The translations under genes were made by a program, and so were the position numbers. Below, piece by piece: positions 28,399 to 39,600 of a stretch of DNA of 64,000 nucleotides; position 1 is the stretch's first letter; every line of letters starts with the position of its first letter. The notes beneath the pieces are model-generated. The model searched no databases and was not told where the DNA came from. It saw only the letters and a program-made list of their open reading frames with translations. Origin of the DNA: a virus; IMG/VR virus record IMGVR_UViG_3300029258_002856; one strand, written 5' to 3'.

Positions 28399-31300
28399 AT
28401 GGCGTTCAATTGGCAAACCGATGGTGATTTCAGTTTCAAAGACGGGTACATTGGCAGTAACTTTGGGGGCAATTTCGCGCTCGCCAACGATGCTTCCGAG
28501 TGGACCGATTTGGCTGGGGACACCAGCGAGACTTCTCTCGTCGGCATCCTGCACGAAATTTACTCCAGTGTGAGTAGCTCCACCCTCGCTGCGCTGACGG
28601 ATACCAACATCTCCGGGCTGGCGGACGGGAACATCCTTCAGTACCAGACTGGGGATAGCAAGTGGCACAACATTGTGCCGGACTACTACACCAAGACGGA
28701 ACTCGATGGGGGGCAGCTCGACAACCGGTACTACACTGAGACCGAGTTGGACGGCGGCCAGCTCGACAACCGGTACTACACCGAGACTGAACTGGATGGT
28801 GCAGCTGGGGGCGCGGGAGCCAAGATTGACAAGGTGGCGGGTGCCGTGGCGGGTAACCTTGCGGAAATGACTGCGGGAGGTGAGGTTGCCGATAGTGGAA
28901 TTGCGGCGGCGGATGTCATCCTCCGGGACGGCAGTGTCGATTTCACGTCCATCGTGCAGTACGACTCGGCCAAGACGTTCACGAATGCCCTGGACATCGT
29001 GAGCAAAGATTACGTCGATTCCGTTGCGCAGGGTCTCACCATCAAGGAGGCGTGCCGGGTTGCCACAGTCGCCGCTCTCCCAGCCAATACTAAAACAGGT
29101 TCCGGTGTAGGTGCGTACCTGGAGGCGGATGCGAACGGGTCCATTAACAGCGTCGGGATTGACGGGATTACCGACCTCGCGGTGGGTGAGCGCATTCTCG
29201 TGAAGAACGAGGGTGGCGGCGCATCCGACGCGGACAACGGCATCTACGAACTCACCGTGGTAGGTGATGCGGGCACCCCCTGGAAGATGACCCGTACCGC
29301 GGACTTCGATGGCTCCCCGGCTGGAGAAGTGCATGACGGTTGTTTCACCTTCATAGGGGAAGGTTCGAACCTCGCCGATACTGGTTGGGTGCTCATCACG
29401 AGCGGTACCATCACGGTCGACACGACTCCTCTCGAGTTCGCACAGTTCTCGGGTGCGGGGACCTATACGGCCGGTACGGGTCTCACGTTAAACGGTGACA
29501 CCTTCCACATCGGTGACGGCACTGTTGAGGCGCGAGGAGGTATCGACTTCCAGGCCAACGACATTGCTGTGAGCGTCGATGACGTGACCCTCGAGATTTC
29601 AGGAACTGATGTCGCCATCAAGGCCTGGGACCTCCAGGATGCGTACGATTCCGGGGCTAATGGGCTTCTCCAGTTGGACGCTGGGATTGGGGCCATTGTC
29701 ATTTATCCCTCGGGGAGTGTGGCATCCGACAATTGGACGTTCGCGGATGGAGACACCACGAGTGACCTCGACGTGACGGCCATCGTAGAAGACTTCACGG
29801 TTACGGGTAGCGGCACCATCGAGTTGACCGCGCCTACTGTCAATGTGCGTTCCACCGCTTCCACTATCAACATCGGCGATAACGCCGTTGCGCAAAGCAT
29901 CAACGTTGGTAATACGACTTCTGGTACGGCCGTGAGCATCGATGCGGCGGGAGCTTCGTACTTTACCGTCGACAGCGCTAACCTTACATTGTCCACGACG
30001 ACAAGCGGTAACATTCTTGTTACTGCCCCCACAGGAGTAGGTACTAAAATCGATATGGATGCAGATGACGTTTATGTCGATGTGAGTTCGGGGGGTGGGA
30101 TTTACCTGGGGAGTACTCCCGGCACCCAAAATGTACAGGTTGGTGCGTCTAGCGGCGGGAATTCGTTCACGATTCTGGGGAATGCACAGAGCACGATTGA
30201 AGTGACCGGCGCTAACTTAATTCTCGGTACAGCTACCAGTGGCATTATTGACATCGACTCGGCTGGCGCTATCGACATCGATGCGGGCGGCAACGTAACC
30301 ATCGATACGAGTAATGGCTCCATCACGTTGAACAATACAGACACAGCTCTCGGTCACATTAACTTCTATACGGTGGGTTCGGGCAACATCAACGGGTATT
30401 TGGCGGGCACCGGTGCTGTCAACTTCCAGACCGTGGACGGCCAGATTCAATTGTCGGCAAACGGTTCCGGAAACAATCTGGTTCTGACTTCTGGGTCGGG
30501 AATCGTGGATGTCAATGCCGGGAGTCATTTCGATGTTACGGCCCAAGGTCAATTTGATATCAAAGGTGCGAGTGACTCCATCCTCGGTGTTCTCCGAACG
30601 GACAACACGAACCCGGTCATCCTCGACATCTACGCGCAGAACAGCGGCTCAGCCGACGCCACTTTGAATGCGTACACAATCCCGCTGACCGGCACGACGG
30701 GGTACGTGAAGATTGGCGGTAACGCAGTCACTGGTGCGGACTTCAGTTACAGTATTGGTGAGCACACGGCTCAGGTTTCGACCTTGACGATTGGAGCCAC
30801 GTACACCACTTCTGATACGCTGGTTCAGGCTGGTTCCGGCGGGGTCAAGTTCTATGACGCGGGCAACAACGGCTCCAGTTGGGCGCAGGGTTATGTGCTT
30901 CTGAGTGACGGTACGAACGCGGAATGGAATACCTTCGAGACCGACTTCGGTGAGGTCTCCATCTTCAACGCTCTCGGGCAGCTCTATTCGGCTATCAGCG
31001 GTGAGAGCCTGTGGGACAAGGACGGAAGCGATAACCTGACTCCGCAGACCGCAGGCGATGGTCTTGACATCGACGCTGCGGGCACTGCGAGCGTGACCCT
31101 GGATTCCGTCAACAATTCCTGGCTGAAAGCGGCGGGTGCAAATCTGGACCTGGCGGTTTCTGGTGCGGGGGCTTATGTCCTGACTATCGAGTCTTCGGGA
31201 ACTGGTACGAACGCCATCGATGTGAACGCTACGGCGGGCGGTATTGACGTAGACGCGGCGGGAAAAATCGATGTCGCTTCTTCTTTGGCGGATGTCGCTA

Positions 31301-33462
31301 TCTCGTTTACCGCGAGTGATGGTGCCGGTGGTCTGGACTTCAACGCCGGTTCTCGGGGTTTTGATTTTGATGCTACTGGGTCTTTCGATGTCAACATTTC
31401 AAGTGGCAACTTTAGTTTCGATTCTACCGCGGCATCCAACGTTACCGTTGCAGGTGCGAACCTTACGCTCTCGACGACTACCAGTGGAGTGAACGGCGGT
31501 AACGTCCTTATCGATGCAGTTATTGGGTCATCAGCGACTGGCGGCGCAATCACAATGACCGCAGATGCGGATTCGGGATGGTCGGTTGCCGGTGGTAACT
31601 TGGCGTTTGCTACTGCTACGTCGGGAAATATCACCGCCAGTGCTGTGGACAATGCTGTTGTCACATTTGACAACGCATCCGCAGGCGGCAAGACATTCAC
31701 CATCAAAGAAGGTGCTGCGACTCTCGCCACTTTCGGCAGTGGGGATATCGCGTTCAACGCAAATGGAGGCTCTTCTGATTTTTATATTGGAAACATCTCT
31801 GCGGGGTTCCAGGGAGTGTACGCGCAGATTGATGTTTCCCACGCGACAGACGCCGCTACTTTTGGCGCTCAGGTGGATAACGCCAGTTCGGGGAATTCGG
31901 GGATTTCATTTTACAGCACGAATACTGGGAGTGGAGATTCGGACATTTTGCTCCGGGCGAGTGCTACGACGGGGAGTGGTAACGTAACTCTACGTGCCGA
32001 CAACGACTTTAAAATTCGGTACAACGAAGACGCTACTGCTGCGGACTTGTTTGAGGTGCAACGAAATGCCACAACCATTATCCAAGGTACAGCTGCGGGG
32101 GGTGTTTCCATTACCCCGGTTAGCGGGCAGCCGTTCAATGTTGATGTTTCGGGAACTGCGGATGCGACCGTAGACACCCTAAATGGGGACATTCAGGTCA
32201 CCGCAAATCGCACGAGCGGAGCGTCATCGTCGTTCTTCAGCGTGACGGGAGACACGGATACGTCAAGCGTTGATATGGCGGTCAAGGCTACGAATACCGG
32301 CGATAATTCCACTTCGGCGTTGACGCTGAGTGCGAATAATACCGGAGCTGCGGGTGGTGGTAACCCCTCCTCGACGGTTCTCATTTCGGCTACCAGCGCA
32401 AACGGGGATGCTACGATCCACTTCGTAGATAACGGCAACAGCGGGTCCACTTGGGCGCAAGGTTACGTGTTGCTCTCGGATGGTTCCGCCGCAGAGTGGG
32501 ACAACTACGAGACTTATTTCGGTGAAGTCTCCATCTTCAACGCGCTTACCCAGGCGTACCTGAGTGCGGGCACTACGGACCTCAACGAGGCGTACGAGAA
32601 CTTCGGAGCTGCGGCTGCCACCGTGACCGTCGACTTGAAGGACCTCAAGTGGGACCTGAATGGTGCGTTCAGCATGGAGGTCGCTCTCGGGAACATCACC
32701 AGCGATGATTCGGACGGCTTCCTGATTTCCGGATTCGCCGGTAGCGGCCAGAACTTCAACATCCTGGCGAATGACACTTCGAATATCATCTACCTCGATG
32801 CGACTATCGAGAAGATGGAGATGGATGTTGCCGCGGCCTCCTATATCAAGGCGACGGGTGGTTCCCTGACCTTCCAGACGTTGGACGATGGCACGGATGG
32901 CGGGGATATCGATATTGACGCGGCAGTCGGTACTGGCGGTAGTGGCGGTGACGTGAATATCGCAGCTGATAAGAGCGTGAACTTTGATGCTAAGAGCTCC
33001 TACTTCTTCGGTGCGGATGCTGCTGACAGCTGGGTTGACTCGGTGGCGGTCTCTTCCGGTGCGAATGCTGCCGCCGGAGACGCGCAGAGCAGCCGGACGC
33101 ATCTGTTCCACAAGACGTCGGATGCGACGCAGACGACGTTGAAGAACGGCACTGGTACCACGGGCTTGGCTCTGACGGCCAACAAGGTCTATGCTTGCAA
33201 GCTGGTGGTCATCGGGAAGGTTGACGGCGTGGATACCTTCTCTGGTTGGGAGCTTGACTTTGTGGCCGACGACTCTAATGTCTTCGGTAAAAACCGCAAC
33301 AACTTTGCCCAGCAAGACGGTGGGACGGGTGACCCGAGCAACTGGGACGTGGACGTAGATGTCAACGCGGGTAACCTCCGAGTGCGCGTCACGGGGGAGA
33401 ATCTTGCCGGAATCGGCATCTCCTGGTCGGCCACGTTGGATGCCACCGAAGTCCTGGACTAA
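28399..33462 (+). CDS. Long tail fibre / adhesin-like protein
   Basis: 1687 aa, Gly/Ser/Thr/Asp-rich; phage fibre domain KEACRVAT...GERILVKNE...NGIY...W.MTRTAD; internal repeats. Confidence 0.75.
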   Translation: MAFNWQTDGDFSFKDGYIGSNFGGNFALANDASEWTDLAGDTSETSLVGILHEIYSSVSSSTLAALTDTNISGLADGNILQYQTGDSKWHNIVPDYYTKTELDGGQLDNRYYTETELDGGQLDNRYYTETELDGAAGGAGAKIDKVAGAVAGNLAEMTAGGEVADSGIAAADVILRDGSVDFTSIVQYDSAKTFTNALDIVSKDYVDSVAQGLTIKEACRVATVAALPANTKTGSGVGAYLEADANGSINSVGIDGITDLAVGERILVKNEGGGASDADNGIYELTVVGDAGTPWKMTRTADFDGSPAGEVHDGCFTFIGEGSNLADTGWVLITSGTITVDTTPLEFAQFSGAGTYTAGTGLTLNGDTFHIGDGTVEARGGIDFQANDIAVSVDDVTLEISGTDVAIKAWDLQDAYDSGANGLLQLDAGIGAIVIYPSGSVASDNWTFADGDTTSDLDVTAIVEDFTVTGSGTIELTAPTVNVRSTASTINIGDNAVAQSINVGNTTSGTAVSIDAAGASYFTVDSANLTLSTTTSGNILVTAPTGVGTKIDMDADDVYVDVSSGGGIYLGSTPGTQNVQVGASSGGNSFTILGNAQSTIEVTGANLILGTATSGIIDIDSAGAIDIDAGGNVTIDTSNGSITLNNTDTALGHINFYTVGSGNINGYLAGTGAVNFQTVDGQIQLSANGSGNNLVLTSGSGIVDVNAGSHFDVTAQGQFDIKGASDSILGVLRTDNTNPVILDIYAQNSGSADATLNAYTIPLTGTTGYVKIGGNAVTGADFSYSIGEHTAQVSTLTIGATYTTSDTLVQAGSGGVKFYDAGNNGSSWAQGYVLLSDGTNAEWNTFETDFGEVSIFNALGQLYSAISGESLWDKDGSDNLTPQTAGDGLDIDAAGTASVTLDSVNNSWLKAAGANLDLAVSGAGAYVLTIESSGTGTNAIDVNATAGGIDVDAAGKIDVASSLADVAISFTASDGAGGLDFNAGSRGFDFDATGSFDVNISSGNFSFDSTAASNVTVAGANLTLSTTTSGVNGGNVLIDAVIGSSATGGAITMTADADSGWSVAGGNLAFATATSGNITASAVDNAVVTFDNASAGGKTFTIKEGAATLATFGSGDIAFNANGGSSDFYIGNISAGFQGVYAQIDVSHATDAATFGAQVDNASSGNSGISFYSTNTGSGDSDILLRASATTGSGNVTLRADNDFKIRYNEDATAADLFEVQRNATTIIQGTAAGGVSITPVSGQPFNVDVSGTADATVDTLNGDIQVTANRTSGASSSFFSVTGDTDTSSVDMAVKATNTGDNSTSALTLSANNTGAAGGGNPSSTVLISATSANGDATIHFVDNGNSGSTWAQGYVLLSDGSAAEWDNYETYFGEVSIFNALTQAYLSAGTTDLNEAYENFGAAAATVTVDLKDLKWDLNGAFSMEVALGNITSDDSDGFLISGFAGSGQNFNILANDTSNIIYLDATIEKMEMDVAAASYIKATGGSLTFQTLDDGTDGGDIDIDAAVGTGGSGGDVNIAADKSVNFDAKSSYFFGADAADSWVDSVAVSSGANAAAGDAQSSRTHLFHKTSDATQTTLKNGTGTTGLALTANKVYACKLVVIGKVDGVDTFSGWELDFVADDSNVFGKNRNNFAQQDGGTGDPSNWDVDVDVNAGNLRVRVTGENLAGIGISWSATLDATEVLD
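28684..28800 (+). repeat. 45-nt in-frame tandem repeat (~2.6 copies) encoding YYT(K/E)TELDGGQLDNR
   Basis: Read directly from the sequence. Confidence 0.85.
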
Positions 33463-33550
33463 TCAGTGACTGATGGATGTGCACCAGCCCTTACCCCGTA
33501 AAGCTTTCCACTAGAGTAGCAATACTCGTCCACACAAAAGGACTGTCTTC

Positions 33551-34996
33551 ATGACCTGGGATTTGGATACCTCAGGCGGAGAATACCGCTTCAAAATCGA
33601 TGAAGTAGAGAAGGCGTTCATCGGGGAGTACTGGTCCAACCTCGGGGATACCTATTTCGTTAGGGCTGGGAGTAACCTCCAGGAGCTACTGGAGCACCTG
33701 GTAAATACGGAACGCGCCGGGGGCACCATTTTCCTTGGAGAGGGAACGCACGAAATTTCGTGGACGGCTTCGACTGTCATCTCCGAGGAGATTCGTATTA
33801 TCGGCGCGGCTCCTAACTCGACTATCATCGACTTCACTGCGGACGACGCGGACTGCTTCTTTGATTTCAACGCTGCGTGCATTATCGAAAATGTGCAATT
33901 CCGGGGGACCGGGTGGTCCGCGTCTGGCGCACCTTATATCATCCGTCTGGGGACGAGCGCTGACCGCAGTGTGATTCGTAACTGCCAGTTCAACGAGGCG
34001 ACTATCGGCACGGCAGTCATCTATTTGAGTTCTGCTAGCGATGTTGAAATCTCGGGTTGTTACTTTGCATCCGGACCGGTGAGCGATAGCAAGTACCTCA
34101 TCTATATAAGTGCGGGGTCCCATCGCTTTAGGATTCTCAACAACTACGATCCCAGTTGTACTACTGGGTACTTCGTTTATGTTCCAAATAGCAGCACCGA
34201 AACCAATGACTTCGAAATCAAGGGAAACAAGATTTTTGGGGCTTCTGGGTCCTACGATGCCTGTCGTATTTACCTCGGTGGCGCAACTTCATTAGGGGGG
34301 AACGGCGGTGTGAATCGCGGCGTCGTCGAGAACAACACGCTTGACATCACGCTCAGCGATCCGGTGACAGTGCTTGATATCGGGGGGAGCAACGGGAGTG
34401 CCTACGGGGACCGCGGACAAGTGCGGGTGGCGAACAATCACTTCAAATGTGAATATGCTTCTTCGTCCAAGTGGACCAATAACACTTTCTTGACGCGGTT
34501 CAATCTCGCTAAGATTCTGTTTACTGACAACCACTACTATTGCCGCTACATCGGGTACGTGAGTGCCGCGGGTACCAGTGGGCTTCTCGAAGTTGGACGT
34601 TATGCTCACGATATGGAAATTTCGGATAACCATCTCGGAGCCTGGGACTGTCGGAACGGCATCTGGATACAGAACGATTCTGCGAATTCTCCGTATAGGT
34701 TGAAGATTGTAGATAACACCATTTCGGCTCTGGACCACGACGGTACAGGGGGTGGTCACGGGATCTATTTTGAGAATAGCGGGACTCACGCTGGGCCGCA
34801 GGGCTTTATTATTCACGGCAACATTATTACGGCGTCATCCAGCGCGGAGCATACCGCAGTAGGCTCGAACAGGACGACTGCGGGGCAGCGCCCCAATAAC
34901 GGCCAAATTAAAAATAATAATTTCGACAATCTTGCTACCATTCCAACCGGTGAGTTTGAGTCGACAGTCGACATCGACGGCAATAAGTATTTTTAG
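33551..34996 (+). CDS. Right-handed parallel beta-helix (pectate-lyase-like) tailspike/depolymerase
   Basis: GGTIFLGEGTH start of helix; repeated I.GN/I.DN/I.NN strand units. Confidence 0.72.
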   Translation: MTWDLDTSGGEYRFKIDEVEKAFIGEYWSNLGDTYFVRAGSNLQELLEHLVNTERAGGTIFLGEGTHEISWTASTVISEEIRIIGAAPNSTIIDFTADDADCFFDFNAACIIENVQFRGTGWSASGAPYIIRLGTSADRSVIRNCQFNEATIGTAVIYLSSASDVEISGCYFASGPVSDSKYLIYISAGSHRFRILNNYDPSCTTGYFVYVPNSSTETNDFEIKGNKIFGASGSYDACRIYLGGATSLGGNGGVNRGVVENNTLDITLSDPVTVLDIGGSNGSAYGDRGQVRVANNHFKCEYASSSKWTNNTFLTRFNLAKILFTDNHYYCRYIGYVSAAGTSGLLEVGRYAHDMEISDNHLGAWDCRNGIWIQNDSANSPYRLKIVDNTISALDHDGTGGGHGIYFENSGTHAGPQGFIIHGNIITASSSAEHTAVGSNRTTAGQRPNNGQIKNNNFDNLATIPTGEFESTVDIDGNKYF

Positions 34997-35075
34997 CCTC
35001 TAGGCGTGGTTTCTTACTAGACAAATCGCGTTTAGCGTGGTTAACATCCCTTTACGGCTGTAAAGCAAGAAGGAG

Positions 35076-35693
35076 ATGGGAATGCCTGTAACTAAGACGC
35101 TCACGAATCTCGATGTTCTCAACTTGAATATGGCGCTTGGACGGTACGGCGATGCTAAGAACAAGCGCTTAGCGTACGCCGTTGCGCGCAACCGCAATAA
35201 ATTGAAGGAGTTCATCGAAGCTCTGGAAGAGGCGCGAAAACCGAGCGATGCGGTCAAGGAGTGGGAAGAGGCGCGTATCGAACTCTGCAAGAAGCATGCG
35301 GACAAGGACGAGAAGAATCGTCCAATCATGCGGGGTCCTGTAGGTGCGCAGTCGTATGACATCGCTGACCAGATAGTCTTTGACAAGGAACTGAAGAAGC
35401 TCAAGAAGAAGTTCCCCGAGGGGGTCAAGGAACAAGAGGAGCAAAATGAGCAGTACAAAGAGCTTCTCCAGGAAGAGGTCGAGTTTACTCCGTACCAAAT
35501 CAAGTTCTCGTTGATTCCAGACGATGTGATTGCGGCACGCGACCTGGAGAACTTCATCGAGGCCAAGATTGTCGTTTTCGATTTGGATGACGACGAGGAC
35601 GACGAGGACGACGAGGACGGCGTTGAAGAAGAGGCTGAAGCCCCCAAGCCCAAGAAGAAGCCTGCCAAAAAGCCTCGTAAGCGCCGGAGATAG
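35076..35693 (+). CDS. Hypothetical protein with an acidic tract and basic C-terminus
   Basis: 205 aa with AAGGAG SD. Confidence 0.65.
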   Translation: MGMPVTKTLTNLDVLNLNMALGRYGDAKNKRLAYAVARNRNKLKEFIEALEEARKPSDAVKEWEEARIELCKKHADKDEKNRPIMRGPVGAQSYDIADQIVFDKELKKLKKKFPEGVKEQEEQNEQYKELLQEEVEFTPYQIKFSLIPDDVIAARDLENFIEAKIVVFDLDDDEDDEDDEDGVEEEAEAPKPKKKPAKKPRKRRR

Positions 35694-35721
35694 CACCTAT
35701 ACTTCCCTAGAGGTGCTATGA

Positions 35722-36159
35722 ATGGTCGACAGATTTATCGGTGGTCTCGGCATCATTCCGTTCGGGCAGTCCCAGTTCGGACATGGTGACCCGAAGACGG
35801 AGCCGCGTTTCCTGACTTCTCGACCGTTGGACAAGAGCGTGAACGTTCCGACAGACGTGACGCTCAAGTTTACGACGTATTGCTTCACTAGCTGGATTGA
35901 TTTCCCTGGTACCCAGGTTGAGATTAGTGAAGACGGTGGCGGCACGTACAATCTTGCGTATGATGGGAGCGCTTTCGTAGCTCCCTACGATGGGGTGAAC
36001 AGCAAAGTTCGGCGCACAGAAGGTCACGCACTCACTTTCTACATCCAGAAAACGCTGCCGTGGCCGGTGGCAACCAAAGTAGTTATCCGGTACACTGGTC
36101 CGGATAATTATGGGCAGATTGCGACGAAGGAGATTCCCGTCGTCTGGGGTAGAATCTGA
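35722..36159 (+). CDS. Ig-like-domain virion protein
   Basis: SRPLDKSVNVPTDVTLKF...LPWPVATKVVI resembles a bacterial Ig-like strand pattern. Confidence 0.5.
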   Translation: MVDRFIGGLGIIPFGQSQFGHGDPKTEPRFLTSRPLDKSVNVPTDVTLKFTTYCFTSWIDFPGTQVEISEDGGGTYNLAYDGSAFVAPYDGVNSKVRRTEGHALTFYIQKTLPWPVATKVVIRYTGPDNYGQIATKEIPVVWGRI

Positions 36160-36656
36160 TGCCGTACGAGTGGGAATTCAACACTTCTGGACGTCCGGTA
36201 GGGCCGGTGACCAAACGCTGTCATCGAGGTCCCATGATTCCCATCGAAATCGTGATGTCCCGGGCCTACTCTTTAGTGCCGGGTTCGGAGTCTCTTCGTG
36301 GCCGCTTGTTGACGCATATTGTAGATACCCCTCTCGTGGCCGTGCAGACCCGAGAGGTCATTCTCCGTACGCTAGGCAGTAACCTCGGCCCCATTTTCAC
36401 CGAGCTGAATAACGCGAAGCGCACTTTACAGGTGACCATCTGTGAGAAACGCAACAGCATTCCCATTGACAGGGAGCTTGTGGCCTGGGACCGGGACTAC
36501 CTGAACGTGGCTAATTCGCTGTTGGATTTCGCTGTAAGCCCGCAGCATCTTGCCCTCATGAAAAGTGCCCTCCAGTCGCTCAACCCGGTGTTTCGAGTAG
36601 CAGCCAGGTGTGCCATAATCCTGATGGTTGCATACGTCGAACAGCGGGGTGGCTGA
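36159..36656 (+). CDS. Hypothetical protein
   Basis: 165 aa with TGATG coupling. Confidence 0.55.
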   Translation: MPYEWEFNTSGRPVGPVTKRCHRGPMIPIEIVMSRAYSLVPGSESLRGRLLTHIVDTPLVAVQTREVILRTLGSNLGPIFTELNNAKRTLQVTICEKRNSIPIDRELVAWDRDYLNVANSLLDFAVSPQHLALMKSALQSLNPVFRVAARCAIILMVAYVEQRGG

Positions 36657-39600
36657 TGGCGCAGCGAGACTTCACTAATTACACCGTAAATGTCCCGCAC
36701 CAGGCGGCGTGGCTGGTCTATTTCAACGGCGTGGAGGTTCCGGTAGTCTCGGTGCAGTGCCAGTTTGGGGTGTGGCAAATCCCGGAACTGCGCATTACCA
36801 TGGTGCCGCATGTAATCCTTCAGCGCCTTGGATTTGAGGACCGCATTCAGGTTGAGGTTTTCTACCTGGACGAGTGGTTTGACCCGTCGAATCCCGAGTT
36901 CAAATTCTTGGCGGAGTTTGAGATTGTTGGCTGGTCATACACCAACATGGGGACGAGCCGTTTCATTGAGGTACAGTGCCGCGCTCAGACACAAATCATG
37001 GAGCAACTGTACTTCTACTACATGTCGGCGGTTGACGACATCGTGGTCAACTCCTCTCCTGCTACGGCGCAGAACCCCAACCTGTACTCGCAGTCTATGG
37101 TCTACTACCCGGCATCGTTGTTTCTCGAGGGGCTTGTGCGCCAGACGGAGAGTTCGGACAGTGGCACAGTCTCGACGGGACCAGAGGGTTTTGTCCGCAG
37201 CCCCTTTGAGTTTGTGTCGAACGTATTCAAGGCTCTGCTCGCCCCAATTGATGTGACGGCGGAGAGTGCGAGTACCGCGGAGCCCGGGAAGCTCCCCGCT
37301 AATGCAGCTTCAGTCGCTGGACGCAATTTCTTTGCGCGTTGGATGAACTTAACGGACTTCCGGCGGCGGTGGGCGGGACTTCCTTATTTCGATAGTGACG
37401 ACGCAAAGTCTATTGAGGGCTGCTTCCCGTTGTTGAAAGCGACGCAATCCACGGAGGTGATGAACGCACTCCAACAACATCTGGGACAGAGCATCGGACA
37501 TTCCGGCAGCATGTGGCAATTGTTGCAGACCATCTATAGCACCATGTTCTTCGAGATCGTCACGATTCCGGGTCCGCCCGTTGTGAGTATTCAAAAGAAA
37601 ACAGGGTTGTTGAAGGGCGCGGCGAATCGTCGGAAGAATGGCAGCGTCATCCGCAATAGCGCGAATACTTTCGGAGGTATTCTGCATCATCTCGTGAAGC
37701 CTCAGTGCGTGTTTGCCATCCCGCCCCGCTGTAACATGATTTTCCCGTCGATGATTACGCAGTACACGTTCCAGGAAGGGTACATGTCGCAGCCGACGCG
37801 GCTCTACCTGGGCGAGAAGTACATGTCGAATATTGTGTCAGCACAAGCTCAGGGAAGTATCCAGGCTCTAGTGGGAGAGCTTCTGACTACTGGGTATCCT
37901 CCCGTAGTCGCAAAGCGCATGGAGCTCTACCTGACAGACCCCAAGCAGAACACCAAGAATTTCTTGATATATCCAGAAGAGATTTACAAAGGACCAGTTA
38001 CCGAGCAGCGGAATGCTCCTCCGTGGCTCTACATTCTGGAGCAGAAATACAAAGCGTCTGCCCAGACGGCGTACGAAGCCGGAGACTGGAACCGGATGGG
38101 GCGTAAGAAAATCAAGGAGGCGATGAAGCCTATCGTTTCCAAGTATGCGGGGAAGTACAACATTCCGGCGGCGATGGTGTATGGCATTGTGGAGCGGGAA
38201 TCAGGATTTGTTCCGAACAACATTTCGTGGGACGGGGGCGGCGGTTTGATGCAGCTCCAGGTTGCCGGGGAGTGGACGAATCCGCATACGGGTAAGAGCA
38301 AGCGCACCGTAGATACCGTGGAATTCGCCTACAAATTGGCGAAGCGAAAGTTTGGGTGGGAAGGGCGCACTCTGGACCAGGTTAATCGTCTGGACCCCGA
38401 CGATAACCTGAAGATGGGAATCGCACTATTACACCACTACATGGTGAAACGTCCGAAGCAAGTTACCGGTTCCCCGGGGGACCCCAATGACCTGTCTAAT
38501 GTGAACACGAAGCGTGGGATTCTAGCATTCAAATTTGGTGCGTCGGACGGCTCCCTCATTTGGAAGTTCAAGTTCAAGCCCGGGGACGATAACGTCTACC
38601 GTTCGGATGGAGTCACCATCCACGAGAGTGCTACGAAGTCCTGGAAACGTTTTAAAGCGGCGTTTACCAAGTGGAAGTCTCGAGACCTGACTCCGCCACA
38701 GACGGTTGAGGAAACTCCCGCAGTGGCCGAGCCGGAAGACACAGATGCGCAGCCGCAAGCTGAAACTAACGCCCCTGCGGAAGATGCGCTTCAGAGTGTA
38801 TTCTCGGAAGCTAGTTTGGCGGGCGGCGTCAATAGTCCGCTCGGGCGATTGTTCCGCCTTTACGCTCGCTACGAGTTTTACCGTTCTCGCTTCGAGAAGC
38901 GTGCAGGCGGCGTCACGACGGTATTCAATCCCTATATCGTCCCAGGCTTCCCCGCAGTCATCTTCGACGAGAAGACCTCGGGTTTTGACGTGTTCGGGTA
39001 TGTCACGCAGGTGACGCATAACTTGTCGGCAGCTGCGGGCTCCCCGAATATGTCCACGTCCATCAATTTCGCGTTCTGTAGGTCTTTCCCGGAGTTCATC
39101 AAGATTCTGCGTCAAGGCGTAGAGGAGTCGGTGGCGGAGCAGGAAGTATCTAATTACGACTGCGGGCCTACGGAGCCCATCCCTGATGTCGCAGAGGTCT
39201 TCCAGCGGTGGAGCACTGCTGATGACTTCTACCGTCAGGTCTTCTTTGCGAGCGTGCGCAAAAAGGCGGCATTCGACTGGGAAGAGACCGTTGCGGTGAC
39301 GGATGTTGATAGTAAGCCCCTGGACCCGAGCGGTGGCACGGCATTTGACTACGCCAAGGGTGTTCTCACTACTCCGAAGCCCAAGTTCTATGACCAATTC
39401 CGTTCGGCCGATGCTGCGATGCTGTACATCGCACGCCCGGTATGTACCTTACGGGATTTCGTAGAGCTTCGGCACGGGAAGAGTATTGGAGATTTAGCGA
39501 AGGAAGGGGGAGTCGTTAAAGGAATGGATACCTCGTTCTTTAGTTCTACTCGTGCTGGAGGACGTGGGCAGGTTCGGGGAGGCGCAACTTTCTGGGGGCG

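Noticed and set aside
32263-33315. Long antisense ORFs (e.g. 32263-33315, 25371-26606, 42729-44066, 45168-46178, 60348-61412, 15790-16539)
   Set aside because: They shadow well-supported genes on the opposite strand, have no SD or recognisable motifs, and are expected from GC-rich codon bias.
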